A stretch of DNA of 64,000 bases from assembly GCA_001600695.1 (NCBI GenBank), contig BCKQ01000014.1:255872-319871 (forward strand). The letters are read 5' to 3'. The translations under genes and the position numbers were made by a program. Positions 61,201 through 64,000 of the stretch are shown here, in pieces; position 1 is the stretch's first letter, and the number at the start of each line of letters is the position of its first letter. Under the pieces are notes generated by a model. The model saw nothing but the letters and a program-made list of their open reading frames with translations. It had not been told where the DNA came from and did no database searches. The DNA is from Ascoidea asiatica JCM 7603 (Eukaryota; Fungi; Ascomycota).

Positions 61201-64000
61201 ATAATAAATATAATACAAATACTTCAATGTTCTCTCAAGTGGTTTTATCTGACAAAACTTTTATTCCAGCTAATGCTAATCTTAAAAATCACTCTTCTAA
61301 TTCTAAACCTGATAATAAAACTAAACCTTCGTCCACTAAAGCTGATAATTCAAATAAAAATAACTCCTCTTCTGATTTTACTTCAAATTCCAACACTTAT
61401 AAAAGTGCTAATAATTTGAATAAAAATAACAAAACTTACTACAGGGCGAGGCGTTACTAAGATCAATACATTCAAATCTATTAATTCTATTAAAAAAGCT
61501 AAACTTAACAATCTTGCTTCAAATTCAAGAAATTGCTTTTCAATACTTTTAGATTCAGGTGCTGATCTTAGTGTAACTGGAAATAATTATATATTACATA
61601 ATTATATATCTTTTAACTCTTCAAATACTAAAACGATTTACAATTATTCTCGTTCTCCTATTCAATTAATTGGATAAGGTGATATCATTGGATACATTGT
61701 AGTTAATAACAAAATTATATAGATGACTTTCTCAAGTGTTTACTATACTCCCGATGGATCTGATACTGTTATAACTCCTCTTCAACATTCTGATATCATT
61801 GGTTTTAAAACTGATAAATTTGGCCTTGAGTGTTGGACCTATGATGATCATAATAACAAATTAATCATTGCGAATTGTCAATTAAATAACACCTCAACTA
61901 GTTTTTCTTTAAATTTCTTCAAATCCTATAATTCTTGCTTAAATAATTTTATTGAAAGTTTACTCTAATTTGAGAATTAATTCTTTAAAAAATAACTTTC
62001 AGATCCATCATAAATTCAATCATCTTCCCCTTACTAGTATAATAAAACTCATTGATACTAATGCAATTAATCCCAAAAATCCTAAGATTTCGAATAAAGA
62101 CTTTACTTGCGAAATCTGACAAAGATATAATACTAATGAGAACATTGCTTCAAAATCAAGATTTGTTGCTACTAAACCTAATCAAATAATTCAAGTTGAT
62201 GCTATTGGTCCCATATCTCCTATTAGTACCTCAGGTTATAAATACATTCTAGTTATTTTTGATAAATTTACAAAGTTTATTTATGCCAAACCTATAACCT
62301 ATAAAGGAGAATCTCCCATCTATTTAACATTTTTTCTTAACCATCTACAAAACATTTTCCAATATAAAGCTACTTTTTTACTCAATGATCAAGGTGCTGA
62401 ATTTGTAAATAATTTAATTAATCAAAAATTGTTCTTGGATGGAAGTCATCAAACATCTACTGTTGGCTACAGAAGTATTCAAAATGGTCTTGCTGGGAGA
62501 GCTAATAGAACCTTGTTCACTATATGTAAAACCTTATTAGATTCTTCAGGTCTTCCTGATGAATTTTGGGAATTTGCTATTTTTGCTTCGATGGATTGGG
62601 ATAACAAATCTCTATATAATAATAACAAAATTACTCCCCTCGAATTGCAATATAACTATAAACTTTCAATTCACCAATTTTATGAATTTGGTTCATTAAT
62701 TTTTACAACTAAGGAGTCTGTTCGACTCCAAAGTTCTAAAACTTCTAAACAAGGTAGAGGCATTTATCTTTGTGAACATAGATCTCAACTTGGTCACCTT
62801 TATCTAAATCTTGATTTTATGAAAATCATGATTACAGTTGGCATAGATCAAGACAAAAAACAGAGACTATTCAAAGATCTCAATATAACATTAGAGTTAA
62901 ACAAAATTCAAATAATTCCTCCTGATTCTAAAAGAAATTCAATCCATTCTGTTTCTGCCTAACATAATGACTTTCAACCTCCAGTTAAAGTTTCTTTCAA
63001 AAAATCTGATTACTATGAAACTAAAGGGTATTTTCCTGATTATAAACTTAGAATTTCAAATAATGGGTCTGATAATTCCTGTAATAAATTTATTGATGTT
63101 AATGGGAACTCTTTACTAAATACCATTACTTCTGACTTGATTAATAGATCTAATACCTCTTACACAAATAATAAAAATGTTTCCCCTTCCTTTTTACCAA
63201 ATAACCCCTCCAAACCTTCTTCTTCAAATCAGGTTACATTCAGTTTTCCTACATCTATACAACTAGTCAATAAAAATAAATTATCTCAAAGAAAAATTCC
63301 TTCTTATCAGTCAATTGAAAATAAAACTAACACCTTCATCTCTGAAATTTTAAAAAACTCAATTGACACAACTCCTAAACCTCCCTCTTTTTTTCCTATC
63401 TCACCTAGCTTAATAAACTCACCGTTTAAACATGATTTAAATGATTCTGATACAAACGTCTCTAATAATTAATCTTTTCCAAAAAACTTGGATAAAAATA
63501 ACTCGATATCTGAATTGAATAAAATTAATTTTAAGCTATCTAATGAAAACTCTTTAACTCCTAACCCAGCTTTTTTATCTAATCAAGTAACATCTTCGGA
63601 TAAAGTTTCTATTTTTCCTATTAATAAAAATCTTAAATCGTCAAATATAGATTTTATAAAACCTTCCTTTCAAAATGAAAACTCTACTACAACTCCCTGT
63701 AAAAACTCTTCTATTAAAATCTCCAATCATAATGGCTCCATATCTTTTAATCCAGTATTCATTTTTAATAAAAATGATTATTCAGATGACCTTAATCCAA
63801 TTCTAAACTATAGCAATAATTTACTATCTCAAATCTCTAAATATAATTCAAATAAATCTACTGTTAATTGTTTATTAAACTCTGAGTTATGTCAAAATGA
63901 CCTTTGTTCTGTATTCAATAAAAACTAAAATAATACTAATAAACGTTATTGTAATTATACAATCCCTAAAGCTATTCCAATCGAGAATGATGGTTCATTC
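58260..64000 (+). mobile_element. Large degraded Ty1/copia retrotransposon, continuing past the window end
   Basis: Gag-like frame 58260-59858 (one internal stop at 58464) with CX2CX4HX4C knuckle at 59766-59807; protease LLDSGADLSVTG at ~61546; pre-integrase HHKFNH...CEI* at 62006-62119; integrase QVDAIGP, NDQGAEF, QNGLAGRANRTL...SGLPDEFW. PR-IN order is copia type; several stops and frameshifts. Confidence 0.9.

Overview
Very AT-rich budding-yeast (Saccharomycotina) chromosomal segment with long poly-Asn tracts. A CTG codon at a conserved Ser column of Prp22 suggests CUG=Ser; an Ascoidea-like host is my inference. Bases 1-29.6 kb are gene-dense: an unannotated 59-aa secreted peptide precursor, CDC6, HSF1, PRP22, an ADIP-family coiled-coil gene, HRQ1, an FMO, ECM15, a small Zn-ribbon ORF, a tricalbin and a strongly AT-eroded RMD1. 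Bases ~29.7-46.6 kb form a 17-kb island with no host genes. It holds nested, decayed retroelements (one Ty1/copia, one Ty3/gypsy, three copies of a ~0.9-1.0 kb LTR, two in inverted orientation) and ~3.6 kb of unique motif-rich DNA. It is flanked by orthologs of genes that abut S. cerevisiae centromeres (ECM15, RMD1, AVT1), so it is a candidate regional centromere. Bases 46.7-56 kb carry WWM1, cactin, AVT1 and ULP2. The window ends with two Cbf1/CDEI-type motifs, a 1.45-kb array of eight degenerate 39-nt repeats with variable spacers, and a large degraded Ty1/copia element with ~580 extra codons between its zinc knuckle and protease. Gene calls rest on recalled motifs; no searches were run.
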